Of a stretch of DNA of 64,000 bases, positions 1 through 9,856 are shown piece after piece. This DNA comes from a virus (taxonomy: Duplodnaviria; Heunggongvirae; Uroviricota; Caudoviricetes). Where the stretch lies: the IMG/VR virus record IMGVR_UViG_2645727946_000002; one strand, written 5' to 3'. Every line of letters begins with the position of its first letter. Within the stretch, counting starts at the first letter, position 1. Below the pieces are notes generated by a model. The model saw only the letters and a list, made by a program, of their open reading frames with translations. It was not told the DNA's origin and ran no database searches. The position numbers and the translations under genes are program-made.

Positions 1-434
1 TTATGGTTGGCCACAGCGAGAAATCGACAAGCTGGGGAACTGGGATCGAACAACAGACGCTCGGCTTCTTGACATTCACCCTGCGGCCATGGTTGACGCG
101 GATTGAACAGGCAGCGCGACGATCGCTGCTGAAGCCGGGAGAGCGTGATCAGTTTTATGCGGAGTTCTCCGTTGAAGGGCTGTTGCGAGCCGATAGTGCA
201 GGCCGAGCGGCGTTCTATTCAACGATGACCCAAAACGGCCTGATGACGCGTGACGAATGTCGGGCGAAGGAAAATCTGCCGCCGATGGGTGGTAATGCAG
301 CAGTGTTGACGGTTCAGTCGGCATTGCTCCCAATCGACAAGCTCGGTGAGCACACGACGGCCACGGCTGCGCAGGACGCCTTGAAAGCGTGGCTCTACCA
401 GGAGGAAAAAACATATGCAACGCAAGAGCGGTAA
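1..434 (+). CDS. phage portal protein, C-terminal part (5' end lies upstream of window)
   Basis: ORF 3..434 runs in from the window edge. Its C-terminal sequence (ENLPPMGG...VQSALLPIDKLGE) is typical of HK97-family portals. It sits immediately upstream of the prohead protease and capsid, as in HK97 head modules. Confidence 0.75.
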   Translation, partial: MVGHSEKSTSWGTGIEQQTLGFLTFTLRPWLTRIEQAARRSLLKPGERDQFYAEFSVEGLLRADSAGRAAFYSTMTQNGLMTRDECRAKENLPPMGGNAAVLTVQSALLPIDKLGEHTTATAAQDALKAWLYQEEKTYATQER

Positions 435-1101
435 AGGCCGATACAAGGTCCGCGCCTTCGATCTCGACGTCAAGTCAGTCGACGACGCAGGTCAGTTTTC
501 AGGATATGGGTCGGTATTCGGAGTGGTCGACAGCTATAAGGAAGTTGTGGCGCCGGGGGCGTTTTCAAACAGTCTCGATGCGCTCAGGAAGAGCGGCCGG
601 GCGTTGCCGGTTCTGTGGCAGCACGACTCCTATACACCGATCGGATCATGGGCCGGCCTCAAGGAGGACGACAAGGGTCTCTACGGGGATGGCGATCTGT
701 GGATCGATGAAGCGCCGAATGCAAGGATCGCGTATCGCGGAATGAAGGCAAAGGCAATCACGGGACTGTCGATCGGCTATTACGTGCTCTCGTCGGATTA
801 CAACGAAAAAACGGGGATTCGCACGCTGAACGAAGTCGATCTGGTCGAGATCAGCATCGTTACGAATCCAGCAAACGCGAATGCGCGAATCGACGCTGTG
901 AAAGCGATCATCGCGCACGGCGGATTGCCATCGCTTCCGGAATTCGAGCGGTTCCTGCGCGAGGCGGGCTTCTCGAAGTCCATGGCCGCGGTTATCGCAA
1001 ATCGCGGACTAAAACATCTGCTCCAGAGTGAGTCTGGTGACGTGGTGAACGACGTGAATCGGCTGCTCGACGGCCTCAAATCTCTTACTTTCAAGGAATG
1101 A
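415..1101 (+). CDS. HK97-family prohead protease (peptidase S78/U35)
   Basis: 228 aa. Strong SD (AGGAGGAAAAAACAT) precedes ATG 415. Position between portal and capsid and sequence character fit HK97 prohead protease. Confidence 0.85.
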   Translation: MQRKSGKGRYKVRAFDLDVKSVDDAGQFSGYGSVFGVVDSYKEVVAPGAFSNSLDALRKSGRALPVLWQHDSYTPIGSWAGLKEDDKGLYGDGDLWIDEAPNARIAYRGMKAKAITGLSIGYYVLSSDYNEKTGIRTLNEVDLVEISIVTNPANANARIDAVKAIIAHGGLPSLPEFERFLREAGFSKSMAAVIANRGLKHLLQSESGDVVNDVNRLLDGLKSLTFKE

Positions 1102-2360
1102 ACATGAGTCACATGAACGAACCGCGACAGTTCGGCCGCAAGAGCGGTGGCGACTCGCACCCGGAGCAAGTGCTCGAAACCGTCACGAAGGAACTCAAGC
1201 GCATCGGCGACGAAGTGAAATCCGCCGGCGAGAAGGCGCTCGCTGAGGCGAAGAAGGCTGGGGACCTGGGCGCAGAAACGAAAGCCACGGTCGATGAGCT
1301 CTTGGTCAAGCAAGGTGAACTTCAAGCACGCCTGCTGGAGGCCGAGCAGAAGCTGGCTCGCAGCGGCGGTAGTGCCGAACCCGAAGTGCCGAAGACGCTC
1401 GGTCAACTCGTGACCGAATCCGAGGAGATGAAGGGGATGGACGGAAGCGCGCGCAAATCGGTGCGCGTTCGCGTCGATCGCAAGAGCATCATGAACGTGC
1501 CGGCAACGGTCGGTGCCGGCGTCAGCGGCAGCAATTCACTGGTCGCGGCAGACCGTCAAGCCGGAATCGTCGCTCCGCCGCAGCGGCAGATGACGATTCG
1601 CAATCTGCTCATGCCCGGCCAAACGTCGTCGAGCAGCATCGAGTACACCGTCGAAACCGGCTTCACGAACAACGCCGCGACGGTCGCCGAGAGTGCGCAG
1701 AAGCCGACTTCGGATCTGACGTTCAACCTGAAGAACCAGCCGGTTCGCACGATCGCGCATCTGTTCAAGGCGTCGCGCCAAATTCTCGACGATGCGCCGG
1801 CGCTGCAGTCGTACATCGACGGCCGCGCCCGGTATGGACTCCAACTCGCCGAGGAAAATCAACTGCTCAAGGGGGACGGCACGGGAGCGAACATCCTCGG
1901 CATCTTGCCGCAAGCGTCGGCATTCGCGCCGTCCATCACGCTCACGAATGCGACGCCGATCGACAAGATTCGTCTGGCGCTTCTGCAGGCCGTTCTCGCC
2001 GAATTTCCGGCGACCGGGATCGTCCTGAATCCCATCGACTGGGCATCGATCGAGCTGACGAAGGACGCCCAGGGCCGCTATATCGTCGGCAATCCGGTCA
2101 ACGGTACGACGCCGCGACTGTGGAATCTGCCGGTCGTCGAGACGCAAGCCATGACAGCGAACGAATTCCTCGTTGGTGCCTTCTCGATGGCGGCGCAGAT
2201 TTTCGATCGCATGGAGATCGAGGTTCTGCTGTCGACCGAGAACGTCGATGATTTCGAAAAGAACATGGTGTCGATCCGTGCCGAGGAGCGTCTGGCGCTC
2301 GCGGTCTACCGCCCGGAATCGTTCGTGACCGGTTCGTTGGCGGAGAAAGCCGGCAACTGA
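1098..2360 (+). CDS. major capsid protein, HK97 family, with N-terminal delta/scaffold-like coiled coil
   Basis: 420 aa. N-terminal about 100 aa are K/E/A-rich coiled coil (LKRIGDEVKSAGEKALAEAKKAGDLGAETKATVDELLVKQGELQARLLEAEQKLA), followed by a capsid fold region. ATG overlaps the protease stop (ATGA). Confidence 0.9.
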   Translation: MNMSHMNEPRQFGRKSGGDSHPEQVLETVTKELKRIGDEVKSAGEKALAEAKKAGDLGAETKATVDELLVKQGELQARLLEAEQKLARSGGSAEPEVPKTLGQLVTESEEMKGMDGSARKSVRVRVDRKSIMNVPATVGAGVSGSNSLVAADRQAGIVAPPQRQMTIRNLLMPGQTSSSSIEYTVETGFTNNAATVAESAQKPTSDLTFNLKNQPVRTIAHLFKASRQILDDAPALQSYIDGRARYGLQLAEENQLLKGDGTGANILGILPQASAFAPSITLTNATPIDKIRLALLQAVLAEFPATGIVLNPIDWASIELTKDAQGRYIVGNPVNGTTPRLWNLPVVETQAMTANEFLVGAFSMAAQIFDRMEIEVLLSTENVDDFEKNMVSIRAEERLALAVYRPESFVTGSLAEKAGN

Positions 2361-2381
2361 CCGGTGTTTCGCAACAGACAG

Positions 2382-2407
2382 TGGCCGCCTTCGGGTGGCC
2401 ATTTTTT
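2382..2407 (+). terminator. intrinsic terminator-like hairpin after capsid gene (stem tggccgcc / ggtggcca, UUCG loop, T6 tract)
   Basis: Read directly: tggccgcc-ttcg-ggtggcca then tttttt, 22 nt after the capsid stop. Confidence 0.5.
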
Positions 2408-2419
2408 ATCACGGTGCTG

Positions 2420-2647
2420 ATGATGAACAACCCGAATCAAGTGTGGGTGAAGCCCATACGCACATACGGCGGCGTGGACGGAGACAAGAACCCGGCGAGC
2501 GCGCCATACCCGGTATCGCGTCAACGTGCGGCCGAGCTGCGGGCAAATGGTCTTGTTCGCGACGCTGATCCGTCAGAATCGAAGGTCGTGGCCCCGGCGC
2601 CTGCGAACAAGAAGGCCGCTGCGCCGCAAAACAAGGGGCGGGCGTAA
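2420..2647 (+). CDS. hypothetical small protein
   Basis: Tandem ATG at 2420/2423 after the terminator hairpin; ORF ends 1 nt before the connector gene. No recognisable domain. Confidence 0.35.
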   Translation: MMNNPNQVWVKPIRTYGGVDGDKNPASAPYPVSRQRAAELRANGLVRDADPSESKVVAPAPANKKAAAPQNKGRA

Positions 2648-2650
2648 TTG

Positions 2651-3013
2651 ATGGAAGGCCAAACGCCCATTGTCTCGCTCGAGTTGGCGCTCGCGCACCT
2701 GCGGGAGGAAGAAGGTGTCGCAGACGACCTTATCGGGATCTACGTCAACGCGGCGACGCAGTCTGCATCGGACTACATCGACCGCAAGATCTACGCGAAC
2801 AATGAAGAAATGCAGGCGGCGATAGCAGAACAAACCGCAGGTGACGATCCGGTGGTTGCTAATGACGTAATTCGCGCAGCAATTCTGCTGACGATCGGCA
2901 AGCTATACGCCTATCGCGAGGATGTTGTTGCGGGCACGTCCGCGAGCGTCATGGAACTTCCGAGTGGGGCGAAGGCATTGCTGTTCCCATACCGTACGGG
3001 CCTCGGGGTTTGA
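2651..3013 (+). CDS. head-tail connector protein (gp6-like DNA-packaging/head-tail connector family)
   Basis: 121 aa ORF at the canonical position after the capsid gene. Size and sequence character match phage gp6-like connectors. Confidence 0.65.
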   Translation: MEGQTPIVSLELALAHLREEEGVADDLIGIYVNAATQSASDYIDRKIYANNEEMQAAIAEQTAGDDPVVANDVIRAAILLTIGKLYAYREDVVAGTSASVMELPSGAKALLFPYRTGLGV

Positions 3014-3015
3014 CC

Positions 3016-3345
3016 ATGCTGAGAGCCGGCGATCTGACAGAGAGGATTTCGCTTGAGAAGCGCGGAGGCGGTGAAAACGAGAACGGTGAGCCTTTGCCCA
3101 ATGACTGGGTGGTGCATGCAAGCGTTTGGGCGAATGTGCGATTTCTGAATGGGAAGGAGTACGTCGTCTCGGGGGCTGTCCGTAGCTCCGCCGTCGCGAG
3201 CATGAGGATTCGGTTCCGACTCGATGTCGATAGTGAAATGCGGGTTCGATACGGCGATCAAATTTACGACATCGTCGCAGTGCTGCCGAACCGTGCGAAA
3301 GGGTATCTCGACCTGTCGGTGCAGGTGGGAGAAAAATATGTCTAG
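3016..3345 (+). CDS. head-tail adaptor / head closure protein
   Basis: About 110 aa. Overlaps the previous stop. Position and size fit Phage_H_T_join-like proteins. Confidence 0.6.
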   Translation: MLRAGDLTERISLEKRGGGENENGEPLPNDWVVHASVWANVRFLNGKEYVVSGAVRSSAVASMRIRFRLDVDSEMRVRYGDQIYDIVAVLPNRAKGYLDLSVQVGEKYV

Positions 3346-3760
3346 CGTGCAGATCATCGGTTTAAACGACCTGCAGGCTGATTTCGCGAAACTGGCAAAG
3401 GCGCAATCTCGGTCGGTACTCCGGAAGGCGACTATGGCGGGCGCGCGCGTTATCACCCGCGCGGCGAGAAAGCGCGCGCCGAAGAAGTCGGGGAAGCTGC
3501 GCCGCAATATCGTCGCGGCGCCACTGAAACAGAAGGATGGGCAGGGCATCGCGGTGGCGGGGATGCGCGTGCGAACACAGGGCAAGGCTGATTCGCCGAA
3601 CAACGCGTTCCATTGGCGATTCGTTGAGCTGGGGACGCAGCACATGCAAGCGCAGCCGTTCGCTAGACCAGGTTTCGACGAATCGATTGATGAAGCGGAG
3701 GCTGCAGTGCGTACGGAAGTCGCGCGCGCTATCGATCAACTGCTTGGAGGCCGGCGTTGA
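3338..3760 (+). CDS. HK97 gp10-like tail component
   Basis: ATG 3338 with GGAG SD. Overlaps the upstream gene by 8 nt. 140 aa basic protein at the gp10 position. Confidence 0.6.
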   Translation: MSSVQIIGLNDLQADFAKLAKAQSRSVLRKATMAGARVITRAARKRAPKKSGKLRRNIVAAPLKQKDGQGIAVAGMRVRTQGKADSPNNAFHWRFVELGTQHMQAQPFARPGFDESIDEAEAAVRTEVARAIDQLLGGRR

Positions 3761-4104
3761 GCGCAATCGTAATCCGTGACGCCTTGCAGGGCATAGGTGG
3801 TGCGAAGGGGTATCTCGGCGTCGCACCGGAGAAGGCGCCGGCGCCGTATTTCGTCGTGACGCGCGTACATGGCGCGCTCGACATGGCGCTCGCCGGGCTG
3901 ACTGGTGGCCGTTCCGGTTCCTATCAGATCGACTGCTACGCGCCGACGTTCACCGACGCCGATCGGCTCGCCGACTTGGCAGTCGATCGTGCGATGTCGG
4001 TTCAGGATCGGTTCTCGGTCGGAGGTGTCGACGAGTTGCCGGACGACTATTCGGAGGACACGGGACTATTCCGTATCAGCTTGGAACTATCGGTCGAGTT
4101 TTGA
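3757..4104 (+). CDS. tail terminator / tail completion protein (DUF3168-like)
   Basis: TTG start overlapping the previous TGA, GGAGG SD 7 nt upstream. 115 aa at the position preceding the major tail protein. Confidence 0.5.
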   Translation: MSAIVIRDALQGIGGAKGYLGVAPEKAPAPYFVVTRVHGALDMALAGLTGGRSGSYQIDCYAPTFTDADRLADLAVDRAMSVQDRFSVGGVDELPDDYSEDTGLFRISLELSVEF

Positions 4105-4165
4105 CCGGCACCACGACAATTCATTTGGCCCGCCGCGTGCGGGCTTTTTCTTTTGTGAGGGGTAT

Positions 4166-4624
4166 ATGGCAGCAGAGAAGAGCAAGCGCACCAAGGCGCA
4201 GGGAACCAAGGTCGAGGTGTCGAAAGTTGCGTCGACCGATCTCGACGCGGCCGATCTGGTGTTCGTCGATCTTAGTACGACGGGCAAACAGATTCAGTGG
4301 CAGGGCGGGCAGTCGGAAGAAATCGACGCGACGACGTTCGCGAGCGACGAAAAGGAATCGGAGCTCGGCTTGCCCGATCCGGGCGAGTTCTCGGTCGACG
4401 GCAATTACCAATCGAACGACGAAGGGCAGAACATTCTGCGTGCCGCACGCGCGACGGGCGAAAAGCACGTGTTCCGTGTCACGTTCGCCGACAAATCGCA
4501 GTTTCTGTTTGCCGGCATGGTGCGTCAGTACACGTGGGCGGCGTCGGTCAATGGACTGATCTCGGCGACGTACAGCGTGCGCGTGAGCGGTGCACCGAAG
4601 CTTGTACCATCGCCGGTGGCGTAA
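4166..4624 (+). CDS. major tail protein
   Basis: ATG 4166 with GAGGGG SD. 152 aa. Lies directly upstream of the G/GT chaperone pair and the tape measure gene. Confidence 0.75.
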   Translation: MAAEKSKRTKAQGTKVEVSKVASTDLDAADLVFVDLSTTGKQIQWQGGQSEEIDATTFASDEKESELGLPDPGEFSVDGNYQSNDEGQNILRAARATGEKHVFRVTFADKSQFLFAGMVRQYTWAASVNGLISATYSVRVSGAPKLVPSPVA

Positions 4625-4644
4625 TTCCGGAGCGCTGATAGGAG

Positions 4645-5115
4645 ATGAGCATGGAAAGCGAAAACCAAGGCGTGATGAGCCTACGTGCAGCGGTGCTGAA
4701 CCCGCTGACCGGTTGGCGGTACGAATTGATGAACGTACCGGAATGGAATGGCGAAGAGATCGCAGTGCGCGAGCCGACGGTCAGCGACCGCATGTTCTGG
4801 ATCGCAGCGCTACGGGACATCGCCGGGGTAACGGAGGGCGACGACGAAACGGCGGTTCGCGAGAAGTTCGCGCGCGCGAGTGACGACGCGCACATGCAGG
4901 CGAATGCGCGGCTGTTCGTTCGTGTCGTGTTCGGTGAAACGCCGGATGGTTGGCGGCGGCTATTCTCGGACGACGATGCAACCGCGGTCGCGGCGGCGTT
5001 CGGCCCTGTGCACAACCGCATCGTCGTGAAGGCGCTCGAATTCGGCAAGCTCGACGTCGACCCGGTCGAAGACGCAAAAAAGCCTTCTGCCGAACCCCAG
5101 GCCTCCGCTTCCTGA
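4645..5115 (+). CDS. tail assembly chaperone (lambda gpG analogue)
   Basis: 156 aa acidic protein between major tail and tape measure. It ends just after an A_AAA_AAG slippery heptamer. Confidence 0.75.
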   Translation: MSMESENQGVMSLRAAVLNPLTGWRYELMNVPEWNGEEIAVREPTVSDRMFWIAALRDIAGVTEGDDETAVREKFARASDDAHMQANARLFVRVVFGETPDGWRRLFSDDDATAVAAAFGPVHNRIVVKALEFGKLDVDPVEDAKKPSAEPQASAS

Positions 5116-5399
5116 TGTCGCTCGCGCTGCGGCTCGGCAAGACGTTGGCCGAGCTGTGCGAGCAGATGTCGTCCGCCGAGCTGAGTCTCTGGATCGGGTA
5201 CGACGCGGAATCGCCGGTTGCAGACGATCGTGCGGATCTGCATGCGGCGATGATCGCGGCGGCGGCGTTTCAGTCGCAGGGCGCAAAGGTCAAGGTGTCG
5301 GACATGATGCCGAGATGGTCCGGCGAGCCCGCGACGGCGGAGGGAGAGGAAGGCGGCGGTGATCCGTTTCAAGCCGCCCTGATGCGCATGGCGAAGTAG
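4645..5399 (+). CDS. tail assembly chaperone G-T fusion produced by -1 programmed frameshift at A_AAA_AAG (5076..5082)
   Basis: Slippery heptamer read in G frame as GAC GCA AAA AAG. The -1 frame stays open to 5399 and encodes the T-like extension (…KK|AFCRTPGLRFLMSLALRLGKTLAELCEQMSSAELSLWIGYD…). Confidence 0.65.
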
Positions 5400-5412
5400 G
5401 CGAGAACACACT

Positions 5413-8400
5413 ATGGCAACAAGCCTTCGCGAGCTGATCGTCAGCGTTACGGCGAATACGACCGAATACGACCGCCGCATGCGCGGTCTCTCGTCGACGG
5501 CCGGCTCGTATTTCAATGCGGTGCGCGACGGCGGGCGCACTGCGGATGCGGCGTTTGCCTCGAACGCCGCGAGCGTGCAGGTCACGGTGCGCGCGCTCGA
5601 CGCGGCGCGCAGTTCGATCCGCGAATACGCACAAGCCGCCGCAGCGGCGTTCGGCGTGCATCAGTTGATCGAGTACGCCGACGAATGGACGAACCTGAGC
5701 AATCGCCTTCGGATCGTCACGCGTGACCAGATCGATTTCGCGATTGCGCAGAACGACGTGCTGCGCATCGCGCGCGACACACGTCAACCGCTCGACGCTA
5801 CGGCTGAGCTATATCAGCGGATCGCGAACAACACGTCGCATCTCGGGCTGACCATCAAGCAGGTCGGGCCGCTCGTCGAGACGATCAGTAAAGCGGTGGC
5901 GCTGTCCGGCGTGTCGGCTGACACGGCCCGGCTCGGCATCGTGCAGCTTGGGCAGGCGTTCGCGGCCGGCCAGTTGCGCGGGCAGGATCTGAAGAGCGTG
6001 CTCGAGGAACTGCCGGGCGTCGCCGATGCGATCGCGCGGGGCATGGGCACGAGCACAGCTCAGCTCAAGTCGCTGGCGGAAGACGGCAAGCTTACGGTCG
6101 AAAATTTGATCGACGCGCTGACGCGTGCCGGGGCGAGCACGAACGATCTGTTCGGCAAGGTCAATGTGACCGTCGGGCAGGCGATGACGCGCCTGCAAAC
6201 GGAGATCGTCGCGTACGTCGGGAAGGCGAACGACGCGACCGGCGCGAGCCAAAAGCTCGCGCAGGGAATCACGTACGTCGCAGAGCACCTCGACGGCATC
6301 GTGAAGCTCGGCGTGTCGCTCGCGGCTGGGCGGATCGCCGTGTACTTTGGGCAATCCGCAGTCGCGGCGACGCAGGCGGCGACAGCGTGGGTCGGCGCCC
6401 GGCGAGCGCTCGTCGAGGAGACGATCAAGCAACACGAGGCGGCGCAGGCAGCGCTCGCCAAAGCGCAGGGCGATCGCGCTGCCGCGGCGGCGAAGCTTCA
6501 GAACGCGCAAGCGGCGGAGGCTTCAGCGCAGGCCGAGCTCGCGGGCATGCGAGCGATGCGCGAAAGCCTTGCGATGCAGTCGGCGTTGACGGCTGGCTCG
6601 ATCAAGTACACGGAAGCGAAGCTTGCCGAAGCGCGGGCGGTCGAGGCGACGGCGCAAGCTCACGTCGCAACGGCGCGCGCCAGCGTCGCCGGCAGTCAGG
6701 AAATCGGCGCGCGCATCACGGGCACGCCGTACGCGGCGATCATCGCTCGCGAGACGGCAGCCGCACAGCAGGAGCTCGAGCGCGCCGAAGCGTCGCTCGC
6801 GCTCGCGCAGCAGCGGCGTACGGCGCTTGAGGCGGCAGCGAAGCAAGGCACGATCGACAAAGCGCGCTATACGGCGTCGCTGGCCGAGACGGACCGCGGC
6901 CTTGCGCAAGCCGAGCGTGATGTCGCGCTTGCCACGCAGGCTCGTGAGCGAGCGGAACGCGCGGCGACCGCGACCGCGGCGGGTCTGAAGACGGCGACCG
7001 AAAGCGCGGCGACGGCGCAGACGGCGCTCGCGCGTACGGGCACGATGATGCGCTCGGTTGGTTCCGGCTTGCTGGCGGCGGTCGGCGGCTTACCGGGGAT
7101 TCTGGCGACCGTGGGCACGGTGGCGCTTGGGGCTGCCGCGAACTGGCTGCTGTTTCGCGACAACGCGAGCAGCGCGACATCGAGTCTGATCGACATGCAG
7201 GCGCCGCTCGATCAGATCATCGACAAATATCGGCAACTGACGCCGCTGTTACAGGAATCTGAGCGGCTGCGCACGAAGCAAGAGGCGTCGCGGGCGGCCG
7301 ATGACGCGCAGTCGGCATATCGGAGTTTGGCGACGCGGGCGGCACAAAGTGTCATGGTGCCGACGTTTGGCGATGCGCCGTCGGTGGTCTCGGATGCCGA
7401 TCAGGCAGCGCTCGATCGATTCCTCGCCGGCCTGGATCGCCTCAAGACGTCGAACCTCGGCGTCGACGAGAAATCGCGCGAGATCGGGCGACTGATCGAC
7501 CGCTTCGTGTCGGCGACGAGCGGCGGCGAAGCGCTGCGCGAGGAACTGGTGCGCGCCGCGGGCGCGATCGACACGGCGGGCCTCGCTTCGCAGAAAGGCG
7601 CACAGGCACTCGCTGCAATGGATGCTGCGGCAAGGGGGGCCGCCGAGGGCGTTCGGCTGCTTTCTGACGCGAACAACTTCTTCGCCGGCGGAATGGCATC
7701 GGAGGCGTGGGAGAAATACGTCCACAAGCTCAGGGAAGAATCCGACGTCATCGGTATGACGGCCCGCCAGAAGGCCGAGTACGAAGCGCGGACGAAGGGC
7801 GCGAATGATGCGCAGGCCCGCATGGCCGGCCTCGTCGCCGGACGAGCGGACGCATACAAGTCGCTCGAAAAAGCGATTGCCGACAAGGATGCGAAAGCCG
7901 CAGCGGGGGCGCGAACCAACATCGACAATCTGACGCGCGAACTCGCGCTGATGAATCAGCAAATGGTGGTCGCTGCGGCGTTGGCTGATTTTCAGGCGGC
8001 TATCCGCACTAATAACTTTGGCAAGTTCGCAAAGTACGGTTTCGGCGAGAAATCGGGCGACGTGGAGCTCGCTGCAATGGTCGCGCGAGCGGAGGCGAAC
8101 GGCCGCGGACAGCAGGCGTTCGACGAGACAATCGCGTCCGCGGCGGCACAGACGGCGCGTGTATCCACCAACGCCGCGGCGGCCCGCGTAACGAAGGGCG
8201 GTGGCGTTCATTCGCTGGAAAGCGAGCGCATGCTCGACAACATCCGGCAGCGGATCGCGCAACTGCGCGTCGAGGCGGTCGCAACCGACAAGCTGACGCA
8301 GTCGCAAAAGGATCTCCTCGCGTTCGATCAAAAGGTGACGGATCTGCGCAGCAAGCGCAAGAAGCTGTCGGACGACGACAAGAGCCTGCTTCGCGATCAG

Positions 8401-9513
8401 CAGGCGATTCGCGGGATGTACGAGCAAGCGTCGCAACTGGAAAAGGAGGTGCGCTATCGCGACGCGATCAACAAGCTGAAGGAGCGCAGTGCGCAGATCG
8501 ACGCGGAGCTCGGTGACTACGCGGCCGAGCGTCAGCGTGACGTGCAGCGCGAACTCGGGGCGATGTCGATGGGTGACAACGCGCGCGAGCTGAATCAGGC
8601 CATCAATCGCGTGGGCGACGAGTTTCGCCGTCGACGGGACGAACTGACGAAGGGCGCGCGAAAGGACGGCACGCTTGGCTCGCCCGAGTACATCGCCGAG
8701 ATCGAGCGCATCAACACAGCAGAGGCGGAGCAGGTCGCGCGCGAGCGCGGCTATCTCGAGCAGCGGCTCGCATTGCAGGCCGACTGGCGCGTCGGCGTGA
8801 AGCGGGCGATGGCGGTCTATCAGGAATCCGCGCAGAACGCAGCGCAGATGGCCGAGGAGGCGCTGACGAGTTCGTTCCGCAATGCCGAGGATGCACTCGT
8901 GTCGTTCGCGGCGTCGGGCAAGCTCAATTTCCGCGGACTGATTGACAGCATGATCGCCGACCTCGCGCGGTTTTCGGCGCGTGCGGCGATGTCTCAGGTG
9001 TTCGGAGCGATCGGCTCCGCTTTGGGATTCGGCGGTGTCTCTGATGCCGTCGGCGCGCTCGGTGGTGCGGCAAGCGCGGCTGTCGGCTCGAACGCCTACG
9101 GCTTTCATCTCGCGACGGGCGGGGCGGTGTGGGGACCGGGCACGTCCACGAGCGACAGCATCCCGGCGCAGCTTTCGAACGGCGAGTTCGTGGTCCGCGC
9201 CGCAGTGGTGTCGCAGCCGGGCGTGCGCGCACACCTTGAGCGATTGAACGCAGGGGGGCGATCCGGCTTCGCGCGATTCGCCGCGGGTGGGCTCGTTGGC
9301 GGGAGCGCGGGAGGAGGGGATTCGCCGGCGCGCAACGGCGGGATCTCGGTCAGCGCGCCAGTTTCGATCGAGGGCGGATCGTCGAACCCCGCGAGCCTGA
9401 TCGCGGTTGGGGAGTTCCGAAAGATGCTGGAACAGATGATACGCGAGCTCATACAACGTGAACGCCGGCAGGGCGGAACCTTGTGGAGAGCGCAAAACGG
9501 GATTGCAGGATGA
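5413..9513 (+). CDS. tail tape measure protein
   Basis: 1366 aa, Ala/Gln/Arg-rich coiled coil with a Gly-rich C-terminal region. Canonical position after G/GT. Confidence 0.9.
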   Translation: MATSLRELIVSVTANTTEYDRRMRGLSSTAGSYFNAVRDGGRTADAAFASNAASVQVTVRALDAARSSIREYAQAAAAAFGVHQLIEYADEWTNLSNRLRIVTRDQIDFAIAQNDVLRIARDTRQPLDATAELYQRIANNTSHLGLTIKQVGPLVETISKAVALSGVSADTARLGIVQLGQAFAAGQLRGQDLKSVLEELPGVADAIARGMGTSTAQLKSLAEDGKLTVENLIDALTRAGASTNDLFGKVNVTVGQAMTRLQTEIVAYVGKANDATGASQKLAQGITYVAEHLDGIVKLGVSLAAGRIAVYFGQSAVAATQAATAWVGARRALVEETIKQHEAAQAALAKAQGDRAAAAAKLQNAQAAEASAQAELAGMRAMRESLAMQSALTAGSIKYTEAKLAEARAVEATAQAHVATARASVAGSQEIGARITGTPYAAIIARETAAAQQELERAEASLALAQQRRTALEAAAKQGTIDKARYTASLAETDRGLAQAERDVALATQARERAERAATATAAGLKTATESAATAQTALARTGTMMRSVGSGLLAAVGGLPGILATVGTVALGAAANWLLFRDNASSATSSLIDMQAPLDQIIDKYRQLTPLLQESERLRTKQEASRAADDAQSAYRSLATRAAQSVMVPTFGDAPSVVSDADQAALDRFLAGLDRLKTSNLGVDEKSREIGRLIDRFVSATSGGEALREELVRAAGAIDTAGLASQKGAQALAAMDAAARGAAEGVRLLSDANNFFAGGMASEAWEKYVHKLREESDVIGMTARQKAEYEARTKGANDAQARMAGLVAGRADAYKSLEKAIADKDAKAAAGARTNIDNLTRELALMNQQMVVAAALADFQAAIRTNNFGKFAKYGFGEKSGDVELAAMVARAEANGRGQQAFDETIASAAAQTARVSTNAAAARVTKGGGVHSLESERMLDNIRQRIAQLRVEAVATDKLTQSQKDLLAFDQKVTDLRSKRKKLSDDDKSLLRDQQAIRGMYEQASQLEKEVRYRDAINKLKERSAQIDAELGDYAAERQRDVQRELGAMSMGDNARELNQAINRVGDEFRRRRDELTKGARKDGTLGSPEYIAEIERINTAEAEQVARERGYLEQRLALQADWRVGVKRAMAVYQESAQNAAQMAEEALTSSFRNAEDALVSFAASGKLNFRGLIDSMIADLARFSARAAMSQVFGAIGSALGFGGVSDAVGALGGAASAAVGSNAYGFHLATGGAVWGPGTSTSDSIPAQLSNGEFVVRAAVVSQPGVRAHLERLNAGGRSGFARFAAGGLVGGSAGGGDSPARNGGISVSAPVSIEGGSSNPASLIAVGEFRKMLEQMIRELIQRERRQGGTLWRAQNGIAG

Positions 9514-9848
9514 AAGACACATTTGAATGGCCGTCGACGGTACAAGGGCACGGCGGCGATACGACGCTGCGTGTGCGCAAAGCCCAGTTCGGCGACGGCT
9601 ACACCCAGCGGGCCGCGGACGGCCTGAATAATCGCGAATCGACATTCAATCTGCGGTTTGTCGGTAACGCGGCGAAGGTTGCCGCGATCATCGATTTCCT
9701 CGATCGGCATGCGGGCGCGGAGTCGTTCTACTGGACGCCGCCGCTTCGCGCCCGCGGACTCTTCGTCTGCGAAAAGTACTCCGAGCCGATCAAGAACGGC
9801 GCCGTCTACACGATGACGGCGCAGTTCGAAGAGACGTTCTCTGTATAG
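9510..9848 (+). CDS. minor tail protein (lambda gpM-like)
   Basis: ATG 9510 overlaps the tape-measure stop (ATGA). 112 aa at the gpM position. Confidence 0.65.
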   Translation: MKDTFEWPSTVQGHGGDTTLRVRKAQFGDGYTQRAADGLNNRESTFNLRFVGNAAKVAAIIDFLDRHAGAESFYWTPPLRARGLFVCEKYSEPIKNGAVYTMTAQFEETFSV

Positions 9849-9856
9849 GAGTTCAG

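Noticed and set aside
7249-9645. 798-aa minus-strand ORF antisense to the tape measure gene
   Set aside because: Arg/Ala/Pro-rich low-complexity translation typical of GC-rich antisense frames. Fully overlapped by a well-supported plus-strand gene.
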